A DNA stretch of 64,000 bases from Eledone cirrhosa (GCA_964016885.1 OZ024744.1:33542001-33606000); one strand, 5' to 3'. Counted from the first letter of the stretch, positions 13,870-26,951 are shown. Made by a program: numbers and translations. Notes: generated by a model from the sequence alone, not told the origin.

Positions 13870-13987
13870 TATACATACTACTGTACGTCTGTATACATAT
13901 ATGTATGTACGTATACATACTTATATTTAAGTATCAGCCGTACTAAGTGTGAGAAATGAAATTTCATTTTTTCAATTTATATATATA

Positions 13988-14938
13988 CTAGCAGTAAAGC
14001 CCGGCGTTGCTCGGGGTCGCTCAGTAGCTGTGTTAAAGTTACAATGTTAAGTTTCTTTCTTGGCTTAAAAACTGTAGTGTCTACTGTGCAGACTTGCATG
14101 TGGTGTTTTTGATTAATATTCCCTCAACCAACAATATGCCTTATGAAGTTAAGAAAACATAACGATAACCCGAATGTTATAACAAAAGAGGATGCTGGGG
14201 ATAGAAACTGCACTGGTTATTTATTAACAAAGATCGAAAATGTAAACACTGCAACGCAGAGAAAAACATTAGCGTAACCAAATTATCAGTTATGTCTGTC
14301 TGCACGCCTATATCACCTCTCTGCACGACTGTCTGTCTGCACGCCTATATCACCTCTCTGCACGACTGTCTGTCTGCACGCCTGTATCACCTCTCTGCAC
14401 GACTGTCTGTCTGCACGCGTATATCACCTCTCTGCACGACTGTCTGTCTGCACGACTGTCTGTCTGCACGCCTAACGACGAAATATTTGCTTGTTTTACG
14501 TAGTCTTTAAATAGACTTGTTTTCAAGTAAAAATATTGTTTTAAAATGCTTTTAAATGGAAATGAAGCAAAACGGAAGTTTAGTGTTCGAACTGATGAAT
14601 TTTGCAGGTCAATATTTTGCTGGCTCGACAACAACTGTTCGTGTATTGTGTTAATGTCATTTTAAACGCTGAGAAAGCCAGCGTAATTTTTTACGTAAGA
14701 CGCTCAATGTAAACAGAACAAAGGGAAATAACTGATAACTTACGCTCAAAAATCGATACATTATATTCGATTTCGTCACATAGGGTGGGTCAATTTGAAA
14801 TATTTTTTTTCCGATGTCTTCGCTAGGGCTCAATGTACAAGTATAGCAATTTCGGTGCAATTCCGTCAGAGATTCTAAGAGGAGATGTGTGCCAAAAATC
14901 GATAGACAGACAGACAACCACAGTTTTATATATATAGA
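13988..14938 (-). mobile_element. Non-autonomous Helitron-type element
   Basis: The minus strand begins TC(TATA..)...(CTGT)n and ends with the hairpin CCCGAGCAACGCCGGG then CTAG. It lies between A and T with no TSD. Confidence 0.7.
14294..14472 (+). repeat. 37-bp minisatellite (~4.5 copies) inside the Helitron-type element
   Basis: Unit GTCTGTCTGCACGCCTATATCACCTCTCTGCACGACT. Confidence 0.9.
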
Positions 14939-15238
14939 TATATGTATATATATATATATACATATATAATTATCTTCGTTTTTTCCGTTCATTGCCAGAG
15001 AACGTCTCTATGAACCACCTAAGAGAACATTAGTCTACGACTTCTTTTATACCATAAACGTGGTCCTGTCTTTGCGTGTAATTGTTTTTCGCCGCTCCTA
15101 TTAATGACGTAATATATTCGTTTTTTCGCGTTCTTTGCCAGGGAACGTTTCCACGAACCAAAGTATCGTCTTCCTGTCTTCCTGCGGTTGCAACGTTTTT
15201 TTAAATATCCACTTCTACGTTTACAGATTGACTTTGTT

Positions 15239-15289
15239 AGTTTCAGAAGATCCCGTTAAGGGTGAAAGCAGCGATTCTTTGCTTAAACT
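15239..15289 (+). ncRNA. Variant hammerhead in 5' pLTR (second copy 18490-18540)
   Basis: AGTTT-CAGAAGA-TCCCGTTAAGGGT-GAAA-GCA..TGC-TT-AAACT. The U4>A core change is the same in both pLTRs and at ~12435. Confidence 0.55.
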
Positions 15290-15441
15290 TTAATGTTATT
15301 TTAATAAATATTTGCTCTACGGTTCTTATATATTTGATATATATTTATCCTTATCGAGCCCTCTTTGGATTTTAGTCTTCAAATTTATTATTATTACTAT
15401 TTGACTCCCTCGGTTGAGCACTCTATTGACTTATATTCATC

Positions 15442-17550
15442 ATGCAGAAACAACATCTGAATATTTCTACAAAGAACGTACCCGTACCAAGCAGGAAAAC
15501 ATACCTAAAACTCCTGATACAGAAAACAGACGCGTTCATTAAAAGGTTGCGTTGGCGTGCCTTTTATTTCGATAATCCGCGAAAAGCTGACAACAAACAG
15601 AATAAATTTGGGTTTAAAACCTATAATAACCCTCCGTGTAACCCAGCATTGCTACCCTTCGAAAATGATCTCTTGGAACTTATACGGAGTATCAAATTTC
15701 GGAAGAGGAGCAATTCCTTCCAGCAGGACCTGAAGAACAGAATTCGTTCTATTAAGGATTCTAACGCCGTGCACGTCCACTCCGACAACACTGGCAACCT
15801 ACATCAAGTGGAGCGCAGTACTTACCATCAACAGCTACATAATGCTGTAACTAAGGATTACCGTAAAACTAATCGGTGCGTCATCAATGAAATCAACGAT
15901 GCTGGGTTTAAAATCACCTCTGATCTCAACATCCTGGACCGGACCGAACCTCTGGACCCTATTTCTCCCCACTTTACCCTGAAGGATCACAAATCCAATT
16001 TTCCGAACAACCCCTCTATTCGGCTTATTAACCTTACGAAGTCCGATTTAGGTAGACTTAGTAAAAGGGTTCTTGATAGAATTATACCTGAAATTAGAAG
16101 TTTCGCCCCTCTTGCACTGTGGAACAATTCTTTCGTGGTGATTGATTGGTTCAACGGCATATGCAACAAGGAACATTGCCGTTTTATCCAATTCGACATC
16201 AATAATTACTACTCCTCCATCACTTTACCACTTCTCCTTAGAGCTATCAATTTCGCTAAAACACTCACAGTGGTTAAGGATTTCGAAGTTGATGTCATTC
16301 TCAATGCCCGTAAGTCGGTAATTAATTTCAACGACTCTATTTGGATTAAAAAATCCAATAGTACCCCATTCGAAGTGAGTATGGGCGCCAGCGATTCTGC
16401 GGAGGTTACTGATCTTATCGGCCTTTTCCTTCTTTTCTCTATCAAGGACGAATTCCCCAACGCGGGCGGGGTTTGTACCGTGATGATGGTCTTTTGAGCA
16501 TGACTAAGTGCGGCCCTCGTGCTTGCGACAGGTTCAGAAAAGATCTCACAGCCTTCTTTAAAGGCTTCAACCTTTATATAGAGGTTGAGGCCAACCTCTC
16601 GGTCGTTAATTACCTCGACGTTACCCTCAATTTATCGAATGGGTTGTATTACCCGTATAGAAAGCCGAATGATTGCTTAATTACATAAGTAAGCATTCCA
16701 ACCATCCCGCCAGCATAACCAAGAACCCGGTGAGAAACGTTTCGTTGAGGCTTTCCCGTCTATCTACTAACGAGCATATTTTCAATGACCATTCCACTTA
16801 TTACAATGAAGCTCTTGCTCGGAGTGGATTTGTCGATAAGGTAGCATATACAGAGTACGAGAATAGATCCCGTCGCATTATATGGTATAACCCACCATAT
16901 AATATGGAGGTGGCCACACCATTAGCTAAGATCTTTCTATCCCTTATTACGAAGCATTTTCCCCCTACACATAAATATAGTAAAATTTTTAATAGAAATA
17001 CTATTAAAATTTCTTACTCTACGACTCCTAACCTTGCACATAACATCACAGCTTCAAATTTAGCTAAACTACCTAGCCGTAGGAACACGTGCAACCCTGT
17101 AGTTAGTACTAACTGTAATTGTAGGAATCGGGTTGATTGCCCCCTATCCGGGAAATGCCTCTCTAGTAACATTGTCTACAAATGTAAGGTTGAAACACCC
17201 ACGTCCCGTAGGGCCTACATAGGGTTAACCGCCAATAGATTCAAGCAGCGTCTTTACATACATACCCATTCTTTTCGTTACCCTCTAAGAAGGCATATGA
17301 CGTCACTTTCAGCTTATATCTGGAGTCTAAAAGACAACCACACCCAATATAAGTTACACTGGGAGATCCTAGCTAGGGCTAGATCGTATAACGGAAATAA
17401 AATCCATGTGACCTCTGCGCTGCTGAGGCCCTGGAAATACTCTACGCCACAGACCACATCTTAAACAAAAAATCTGAGGCAATTTCGGCTTGTAAACATA
17501 AATTGCACAAAACTTTCCTGTACAGCCACACATTATACCCTAACGGATAG
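15442..17550 (+). pseudogene. PLE RT/GIY-YIG polyprotein (Naiad-like), about 3 frameshifts
   Basis: FIQFDINNYY, MGASDSAEV, YRDD, IIWYNPPY, CNC-x5-CPL-x3-C, IVYKC...YIGLT...FKQR, and C-terminal CDLC...LNKKSE...CKH. Confidence 0.88.
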
Positions 17551-18647
17551 TACGATCTATACGTGGATATTTTACGTCTTGTGGTAGCTAAGTATATGTT
17601 ATGTTAATACCATTACTGATTCGTATAGGTAAGTATATATTTCCTGTATGTTTTGTGAAGGTACGTATACTTTCTCGTAGGTATATTTGATTGTATATGT
17701 TATGGCGTATATTTTTATATATTCTGGTACATATGCTTTTGGTTATGTGTATACGGGAGTTTTGCGTCTGTGTGAGTATGCGGGTTCGTACGTATGTAGT
17801 GTGTGTGTATATGTGTACTTCATGTTTTGGTTGACGGGCGTCTCCGAACATTTGTGTATTTACACGTAGGTATGTGTGTGCGCTTGTTATATACGTATTT
17901 ATTTATTTATATACGTTTATTTAATTACTTATTTATTTGTATACACGCACACACACACACACATATTTATATGTCCGTGGTTTTGTATACCTATGGCGAG
18001 TGTTTTCGCGTATGCTTGTGTATGTACGTATTTGGATGCGTGTATGTATTTATTTAATATCAATTACCTCTGTATTGTATTTTATTTACTTTATACTTAA
18101 CTATGAAGCGGAGAATAATTCGGTTTCCTAGTTAGAATATTAGTCTACGACTTCAGCTATACCATTTACGTGGTTTTGTCTTTGCGTGCAATTGTTCTCC
18201 ACGCTCCACATATGACGTATTATCTTCGTATTTTTCCGTTCATTGCCAGAGAACGTCTCTATGCACCACTTAGAGAACATTAGTCGACGACTTCTTTTAT
18301 ACCATAAACGTGGTTCTGTCTTTGCGTGTAATTGTTTTTTTACCGCTCCTATTAACGACGTACTATATTCGTTTTTTCCCGTTCTTTGCCAGGGAACGTT
18401 TCCACGAACCAAAGTATCGTCTTCCTGTCTTCCTCCGGTTGCAACGTTTTTTTAAATATCCACTTCTGCGTTTACAGTTTGACTTTGTCAGTTTCAGAAG
18501 ATCCCGTTAAGGGTGAAAGCAGCGATTCTTTGCTTAAACTTTAATCTGTTATTTTAATAAATATTTGCTCTACGGTTCTTATATATTTGATATATATTTA
18601 TCCTTATCGAGCCCTCTTTGGATTTTAGTCTTCAAATTTATTATTAT

Positions 18648-18709
<62 letters not shown>

Positions 18710-18786
18710 TTGTATGTATGTATGTATGTATGTATGTATGTATGTATGTATGTATGTATGTATGTATGTATGTATGTATGTATATA

Positions 18787-18824
<38 letters not shown>

Positions 18825-18952
18825 CTTTGAATAACTTTGAAATGTTTTGGCCAGTATTGGCCCAGGCCATGTCTAACTTAATAGCACCACCTGGCGAAGT
18901 CTTTCAATTCAGGATTTGGGCACCATGGCCCATTCGATATATATATATATTT

Positions 18953-19055
<103 letters not shown>

Positions 19056-19056
19056 C

Positions 19057-19414
19057 ATATTGTTATACTTTGGGAGGGTCATGTTGCCAATAAGAAACAC
19101 ACGCACCAGTTGCTTTCACTTCAATTTATTATAATAAATTTATAAATTTAGGAATTTATAAATTTCCGGTTGGTTGGTTGTTTCCACAACCAGATGGTTG
19201 TTTATATATTGTCAAAGAATCCCCAGTCACTGAAGAGTTCACAGAATGTGTGACGAAAGAACTTTGATAATATATAAACAACCATCTGGTTTTTGAACCA
19301 ACCAACCAACCGGAAATTTATAAATTCCTAAATTTATAAATTTATTATAATAAATTGAAGTAAATGCAACTGGTGCGTGTGTTTCTTATTGGCAACATGA
19401 CCCTCCCAAAGTAT

Positions 19415-19422
<8 letters not shown>
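19057..19422. repeat. Fold-back palindrome (~160-bp arms, ~45-bp spacer) derived from a pLTR-like sequence
   Basis: 19057-19217 is the reverse complement of 19262-19422 with few mismatches. (TA)n on both sides. Confidence 0.92.
19226..19268 (+). ncRNA. Minimal hammerhead ribozyme in the palindrome loop
   Basis: GTCA-CTGAAGA-G(T)TCACA-GAATG-TGTGAC-GAAA-GAAC-TT-TGAT. Confidence 0.65.
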
Positions 19423-19487
<65 letters not shown>

Positions 19488-21730
19488 TATACTTCGATCT
19501 TTAATTTGTTTTAACACACGGTTTCAACACACGTTTTCAGATAAAGAATCTTGCTAAACAAATTCAGAAACGAAATATATATATACAATTTGACATAAAT
19601 GACTACTACTCTTCTATCTCCCCAACCACCCTTAATAAAGCATTATCCTTTGCCCCAAATCATTCGGATCTTTCGCTAGAAGAACTATCATTAAATTCGA
19701 GAACAATTACTGGGAGAGAAAAAATAGACTAAATAACTTCGATATCACTATGGGATCGAACGACTCAGCCCAAATCACAGACTTGGTTGGGATTTATATA
19801 GCATATTTATTACAAAAGTAATTTGGTAACTTACAAGCCGGAATCTATAGAGATGATACTCTACTTTTAGCTAAAAATATAAATAGCCAAAATTTAGAGA
19901 GACTAAGAAAGAAAATTAGAAAATTCTTTAATAACTTAGGCCTTAGTATTACTTTTGAACCCAACTCTCAAAAAGTCAATTTCTTAGACGTATCATTTAA
20001 CCTTAACTCTGGACTTATAGATCCTTTCCATAAAAATAATGAAAATTTAGCTTACATTGACTATAACTCAAACTATCCTAGATCTATAATTAACTCCATA
20101 GCGCATAGTATATCCCTTAGAATCTCACGTCTGTTCTCTAACCAAGATATTTTTAATGAACACGCTAGCTACTATAACTTAGCTTTACTTAAGGCAGGCC
20201 ACAAACAACGACTCATATACGTACCCAACACAAATGATAACACCTCACTTAACGCTAACAACACTTCCCATAACCATATATTCAACAAACCTAGATCTAA
20301 ACGCATAAATAGACACCATATACCTAATTTTAATAAGCAAATTGATAATAATAATACCACTAGCGGAGATAGGAGATTTAGAAATAGAAACTACTTATGG
20401 TTTACTCCTATATTTAACTCCTCTATTAAAACTAAGCTTCCTCTTACTTTCTTTAAATTAGTTGACAAACATTTCCCTAGAATACACAAATATCATAAAA
20501 TCTTTAATAGAAAAACTATCAAACTTTCATACTCAACTGCCAACAATTTAGAATCACACATTCACAAAATTAACTACATAAGGATTCATAATAAAATAGC
20601 CCCCATAGATCTTCCATATCACTAAATATAGAACGCACACATATTACTTCATCGCAACCAAATACACGCATAAGTACACCAACACAATACAACGACAAAT
20701 ATAATTCGCAGCCTATACATAACAATCTTCAAAATCATACAATAGAACCGTCGCATAGAAAGGCATTTCTATGTAATTGCCATTTGCCTGAGAATTGCCC
20801 TCTAGTAAACAGATGCCTTGAGAAAAACGTAGTATACTTGTGTACTATCAACTCAGGTAGCTCGACCTGGTATTACATTGGATCCACAGCTGATGTTTTC
20901 AAAAAACGGTGGTACGTGCACAGACATTCTATGATTAATAAGAACCAATCAAATACAACAACTGTTGCGAATAAAATTTGGCAATTAATAAAATGCAGGC
21001 ACTAAATACGAGATCAGCTGGAAAATTCTTTCAACTGCCAAGGCCTACGGTACTAGTATGACCCATTGTAGGCTTTGTAATATGGAGCTCTTCCAAATTC
21101 TTAATTTTAGTAAAACCCTTCTTAACAGTAGAATTGAACGTACTATTTTTTGCCGGCATAAATCAGTATCTATGTTCCTGAACTTTAAACCAATTTAACT
21201 CCATTTTCTTCTCCTTATTCCTTTTTACACTTCTAGAACTTTATACGATTTCAAATTACCATAAACTTCACAATTATGTTGGAACAACCTAAAAACACTT
21301 GTATTAACATAATTAACTTTTTTATTACCATTATTTTTCTTCTTTACATTCATATCATTTATTATCATTTTTTTAATATATATATGCATATTTCACCATG
21401 TGTCTTTATATTTCTCCACTCATACTTACCCATTAGATCACTTCATCTTATAAAATATTATATATCAAACTAACTATTTTACATAGTAATGCATACTCAT
21501 CCGTACCTTAATTTTTTCTCATCTTTCTATTCCTCAAATCCATATATTATTATTTTTTTCTCCTCTCATCCATTTATTATTGATTAATTTCAAACCTCTC
21601 TACTCCCTCATCCCTCCTGATTTTCCTCTATTTCTTTTTCATATTCCTTACTTATCTTTCCACATCGCCTACGATATATTTTCCCCCTTCTCTCCTTCTC
21701 TACACATATCTTTATTATTATTAATATCAA

Positions 21731-21890
21731 GGGTCGGACGCCATGCTTTGACGCATAGAATTACGGCCCTTGCCATACTGAGTTCAAATCCCGCCGAGGT
21801 TAACTTTGCCTTTCATCCTTACGGGTCGATAAAATAAAGTACCAGTAATACACTGGGTAATTGCTGGCCTTGTGCCAAAAGTAGAAACAA
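21731..21890 (+). mobile_element. tRNA-derived SINE copy inserted in PLE-2 3' UTR
   Basis: Homolog of 10862-11032 with flanking direct repeat TTATTAATATCA. Confidence 0.8.
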
Positions 21891-22099
21891 TTTTTATTAA
21901 TATCATATTTAATACGATAGGTTGATTTCGTAGAGTTGCCGGTTATACTTTTAACTATATATTAGTTTCTCCTCTCTCTCTTTCTTCCTCATTTCAATAT
22001 GACTCCCTCCCTCTGTTTATTTATCATTTACACTAGTATTAACGTAATAATTTGAATTTTTGAGTTTACCGTTACGCATATATTTATATTTACTTTGGA

Positions 22100-22200
22100 T
22101 CTCCGATGAAATGGTATGTTTATATGTATTGTAAGTTGATTTGTACATCTCCAGTATTTAGCAATTTATAGACAATTCTACCATGGAAACAATTGTAAGA
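22100..22200 (+). ncRNA. Variant hammerhead in PLE-2 pLTR
   Basis: TCT-CCGATGA-A-ATGGTA...TACCAT-G-GAAA-CAATTG-TA-AGA. Palindromic stem III, GUA site, U4>C. Confidence 0.6.
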
Positions 22201-22246
22201 CTATAATTAAATACACTTATTTGTTTTGTCAACCATGTTATTCTTA

Positions 22247-22317
<71 letters not shown>

Positions 22318-22365
22318 ATAGTCATGTTGGCAATGTTGCCAATAGAAAAAACATAAACGTACACA

Positions 22366-22505
<140 letters not shown>

Positions 22506-22613
22506 AATTAGTATATCTACCAACATATTTATACAGGTGTATACTTACGCTAGCAAAGATTAAGGTTTTGTCTTAGTAACTTTGTGGTTCAATACAAAGT
22601 GATGTAGAACAAT

Positions 22614-23229
22614 TATATAAAAGATGTAAAATAAGAAAATTATAGTAATTAACTTACTTACTTAAATTTCACTCCAACTAATTAGTTTCTGAAAAGGGAT
22701 ATACATAGTCTTCAAATGGAGACCATGGAGAATCCTTTCTTCATCAGGGAGACATTCTCGGCTAAGATTCCTGGCAATATGCGGACACAGGGAACTTATA
22801 CAAAAATAATTCAGTGGATGGAAAAAAGCAAGCGCTGACTAAATTCCAAGACATTGAAAATTTCACTGCCTTCCTGGTCAGTGTAAAATTCAAAAGAATC
22901 AATCACGTGACATCGAGGTTAATCAGTGAGGAGTGAGGTGTTAAAAAGACAGTAGCCAAACTAATACTATGAACCATAATAGTAATTCAGTAATTTTCAA
23001 TGTCTTTGAATTTAGTCAGCGCTTGCTTTTTTCCAATCCACTGAATTATTTTTGTATAAGTTCCCTGTGTCCGCATATTGCCAGGAATCTTAGCCGAGAA
23101 TGTCTCCCTGATGAAGAAAGGATTCTTCATGGTCTCCATTTGAAGACTGTGTATATCCCCTTTCAGAAATTAATTAGTTGTAGTGAAATTTAAGTAAGTA
23201 AGTTAATTACTATAATTTTCTTATTTTAC

Positions 23230-23241
<12 letters not shown>
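22614..23241. repeat. Long inverted repeat (~250-bp arms, ~120-bp spacer) of a pLTR-like sequence
   Basis: 22614-22868 is the reverse complement of 22988-23241 with scattered mismatches. Confidence 0.92.
22672..22751 (-). ncRNA. Type-I hammerhead (mirror copy on + at 23104-23183)
   Basis: CTCC-CTGATGA-A-GAAAGGAT...ATCCCTTTTC-A-GAAA-CTAATTAG-TT-GGAG, with palindromic stem III. Confidence 0.7.
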
Positions 23242-23326
<85 letters not shown>

Positions 23327-23560
23327 TATATATATATATATATATATACACATATATATATATACATATATATATATACATATACATATACTGTACATGT
23401 ATACATATATTTCGAGTATGTGTTGGTTACTCACCGACACTCCTCTATGCAGCGTAGAACACTCAAAGAAGTGCGCTGGTGGATCTGTTTACTCGGGAGT
23501 ATATTTATTTATATGAAGAATAAGTCAACAGGTTAAAATTAACTTCGTTTATACATACTG

Positions 23561-23619
23561 GCTGTTATATATATTTCGGTGATAACCCTTATGCAACAGC
23601 TATTACCTCATCAGACAGC
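23561..23619 (-). ncRNA. Type-I hammerhead ribozyme in solo pLTR-like fragment
   Basis: GCTGT-CTGATGA-GGT..ACC-GAAA-TATATA-TA-ACAGC with a canonical core. AATAAA lies downstream. Confidence 0.8.
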
Positions 23620-23790
23620 TAGAATTTGAACAGAAAAAAATATCACACTTGCTGCATAACGATTTTCGCCTTTGAGGCAAAAAAAACAGACATTTTTTTC
23701 TTCTCTGCTTTTTCTCATTTACATTTTTCCTTAAAGCCTCTTGAAATGTGTCAACTATCATTCCTTTGGTATATAAACATTATGCAATAT

Positions 23791-23848
23791 ACATCTGATG
23801 ATGTCATAAGGTTCATATGTAACCTGGCCACTGAAATGTGGATAGTGT
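23791..23848 (+). ncRNA. Degenerate hammerhead-like motif
   Basis: ACAT-CTGATGA-TGTCA..GGTT/AACC..TGGC-CACT-GAAA-TGTGGA-TA-GTGT followed by AATAAA. Stem III is imperfect. Confidence 0.4.
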
Positions 23849-24062
23849 TTGCAGAAATAAATAATTGAAGGAATTCAACCTATCCAAACTCCTATCATTT
23901 TACTCTATAATATAATATAATATTTAACTCCGTTCCCGCAGCACCAACAGCATTCAACATCAAATACGGATGAGGTGTGTACGTTGAGTGCTTTCCTACT
24001 ACTACATCATGATTAACATTGCAGAATGACCAATTCTACCCAGTGGAATACCAAATTTAAAC

Positions 24063-24196
<134 letters not shown>

Positions 24197-24423
24197 GTAT
24201 ATGAATATGAAAACATCGCGTGCTGCGTGGTTGCAAATGGGTTACATATGAATAAATTTAGTCCTTCATCAGTGATCTGCCAACCATCATTGGTATTTCA
24301 TCGCTTTAAAGATCATATACCTCCGGTTGGTGCAAGCAACGGCTAAAGAAAGTCGTTGGGACACGTAAATAAGGGGAACGAGCGAGACAGTAAACAATCA
24401 AAGATGGTAATGCAACGAAAAGT

Positions 24424-24955
24424 GAGGAAGAAGGAGTCAAGTCCCTTAAATTAATGAACATAAGTTGGGTGAAATCGTGAGCGAGAGAGAATAAAGACCA
24501 TCAAACCTGGTCGAAATGTGAGCAAGGAAAGAATTTCACACAGGTCAAACGGGAGGAAAAAGGAGTCAAGTCCCTGAATTCGGTGAACATAAGTTCTGTG
24601 AAATCGTAGACGAGAGAGAATAAAGAACAGCCGACCTGGTCAAAGTGTACGGAGGAAAATCCGCTGTGACCCGTCTGTTTCTTTCTTACTGCTTCCTCTT
24701 TTCTCTGTATCTCTCACTTCCCTTTACCCCCTCTAACAGTCACTCTCTCTGTTAGCCTCTTCCTCACCTTTCACTCACTCACTCTTTTCTACTCCCTCTC
24801 CTACTTCCTCCCGTTTGACCTGTGCGAAATCTTTCCTCCGCACACTTTGACCAGGTCGGTTGTTCTTTATTCTCTCTCGTCCACGATTTCACAGAACTTA
24901 TGTTCACCGATTTCAGGGACTTGACTCCTTCTTCCTCTCGTTTGACCTGTGCGAA
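24424..24955. repeat. ~129-bp unit: two tandem copies plus ~1.2 inverted copies
   Basis: AAGGAGTCAAGTCCC at 24431 and 24560; reverse complement at 24803-24955. Confidence 0.8.
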
Positions 24956-25116
24956 AAAGATGAGTATTGAGGTACATGTACGTCAATACTCATCTTTTTC
25001 CATTTCTCCGAGTGTTCTTAACCCCACTATCAGACTAAATAATTTCTCTAGTCAAAATACAGTGATAGCTTACATTTCTAATAATTTCAAACCAACTCGC
25101 TGTTTCGAAAATATTC

Positions 25117-25163
<47 letters not shown>

Positions 25164-25213
25164 GGAAAAAAATATTTTTTTCTTCCTAATAATCGTCTCT
25201 TTCTCCCTGTTTT

Positions 25214-25263
<50 letters not shown>

Positions 25264-25265
<2 letters not shown>

Positions 25266-25392
25266 CAGCGATTCTTTGCTTAAACTTTAATCTGTTATTT
25301 TATAAATATTTGCTCTACGGTTCTTATATATCTGATATATATTTATCCTTATCGAGCCCTGTTTGGATTTTAGTCTTCAAATTTATTATTAT

Positions 25393-25459
<67 letters not shown>

Positions 25460-25665
25460 GAAAAATTGAACAGGGACAGAACAGAGAGGCAGTACAATAA
25501 ATGTTTATTAAATTCACGCTCAGGAGAGTGGGGGGGGGGGGACGTTTCGGGCATAAGCCCTTCTTCAGGTGAATATATAGTAATAATAATAAATTTGAAG
25601 ACTATATAGTAATAATAATAAATTTGAAGACTAAAATCCAAAGAGGGCTCGATAAGGATAAATAT
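25264..25665. mobile_element. Cluster of pLTR fragments: PLE-1 pLTR 3' end in both orientations plus another pLTR on the minus strand
   Basis: 25264-25398 matches 18518-18652. 25577-25665 holds inverted copies of its end. Confidence 0.8.
25541..25570 (-). ncRNA. Minimal Penelope-type hammerhead core
   Basis: CTGAAGA-AGGGC-TTAT-GCCC-GAAA-CGTC; the stem I partner is unclear. Confidence 0.65.
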
Positions 25666-25728
25666 ATATATATATATTACATGAAGTATTAGTCAGCAGT
25701 TTAAAATTAACTTCGTTTATTCATAGTC

Positions 25729-25784
25729 GCTGTTACATATATTTCGGTAACCATTATGCAACAGCTATCACCACATCAGACAGC
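25729..25784 (-). ncRNA. Degenerate copy of the 23561-23619 hammerhead (CTGATGT)
   Basis: Flanks 25677-25796 are homologous to 23511-23630; A9 is mutated. Confidence 0.55.
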
Positions 25785-25989
25785 TAGAATTTGAAGATAA
25801 AACCCCCCACAAAAAAACAATGATGAAATAATTTTTTTTTTTTATATGATCAGTGCTGATCTATGGTCCTGTTTTCTCAAAGCACTGGTCGCATATTATT
25901 TGGAATGAACGAATTCAAGGATCAGTAGAATTTACCTCTCCCCCATTAATCATATTTAGTTTCACCATTCCCCGCGGACCCACAGGTAC

Positions 25990-26683
25990 CTTAAAAACTT
26001 TAATAGGCAGACGGTGAAGCTCTCGTACTCCATCACGCGCAGCGTACCCCAACACATAGCTAATATCAATAGGAATAGACTTAGGACATTTAGACAGGCA
26101 CCAGCTGATTCTCTAGACACCCAGCAGACCCGGACGGGGAAAACAGTAGACCCGGGACCGACCCGAGTAACACTAATCTACCCAGGGACCCTGTGCAAGT
26201 CACAGGGACAGACCGCTCCAACTTAACCACTGGGCACCCCACAGTAAACACACAGGGGTTGACCGCATCATGTAACTGCAGTAACCCTGTCTCGTACCCC
26301 CTTAGAAATGAATGCCTAGTGAAAAACTTAGTTTACCAATGCAGGGTTACAACACCCAACTCAGCACATATATACATAGTGGCAACGTTAACGAGCTTGA
26401 AGGACAGCTGGTATATATCCTTTAATAGGATCAACAAACTGAAATGTATAGCCCTTTCCGAACTGATCTAGAAGCTCAAGCTGGGCATGACACCGTATTT
26501 TTGGTCTGGTCCAGGGTTAGGGAGGTACCCCCAATTGGAGGCCGGTCTGGCATTTGCAACTTCTGTCTGAGTGAGACCCTCGAGAAACTCAGTGGTAGAA
26601 TAAATTTAATCAATCAAAGAACAGATTTCTTTGGTGCATGTTGACACCTAAGGACGGAAAATTTCCTCAAGCTATATGGATAG
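25990..26683 (+). pseudogene. PLE-3 relic: GIY-YIG endonuclease region
   Basis: KLSYS, CNCSNPVSYPL..EC, LVYQC...IYI, CNFCLSE, INQRTDFFGAC*H. Confidence 0.72.
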
Positions 26684-26951
26684 CAACCCTACCAAACTGA
26701 GTCCCAGAGACACCAACCCCGTCCACTGCACATTCCTCTCTCCTCTCTTCTCTTCTTGTCTGTATTAACATCTCAAAGTATCCCAGAGCCACACTAACTT
26801 AGAGTTTGGTCCCACGCCTTACTTTGCTTTGGATTTTCCCTTCTTTCTCACATCCTTAGTTATAATCCAAGTAGCTAACCACTAGCTATTTAGCGAGATA
26901 TTATACGTTGGCAGAGTCCTACCCTGGGTATCTCCATACACCCCACATTTC

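Larger units (their letters stand above)
14971..18652 (+). mobile_element. Penelope-like element PLE-1, full structure with direct pLTRs (14971-15400 and 18221-18652)
   Basis: ~430-bp direct repeats flank an RT + GIY-YIG ORF. Both ends lie in (TA)n. Confidence 0.9.
19494..22251 (+). mobile_element. Penelope-like element PLE-2, 5'-truncated and degenerate (coding relic 19494-21198, 3' UTR/pLTR to ~22251)
   Basis: IQFDI, FDITMGSNDSAQITDLVG, IYRDD (~19843), CNCHLPENCPL..RC, VVYLC...YYIGST...FKKRW, CRLC and FCRHK. Confidence 0.82.

Noticed and set aside
14294-14472. 37-bp repeats resembling a CRISPR array
   Set aside because: The units are contiguous with no unique spacers, the context is eukaryotic and there are no cas genes.
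26642-26644. In-frame TGA near Cys in a Naiad-like PLE (possible selenocysteine)
   Set aside because: It aligns to the Arg/Lys of the C(R/K)H motif in the other two PLEs, so CGA>TGA decay is the simpler explanation.
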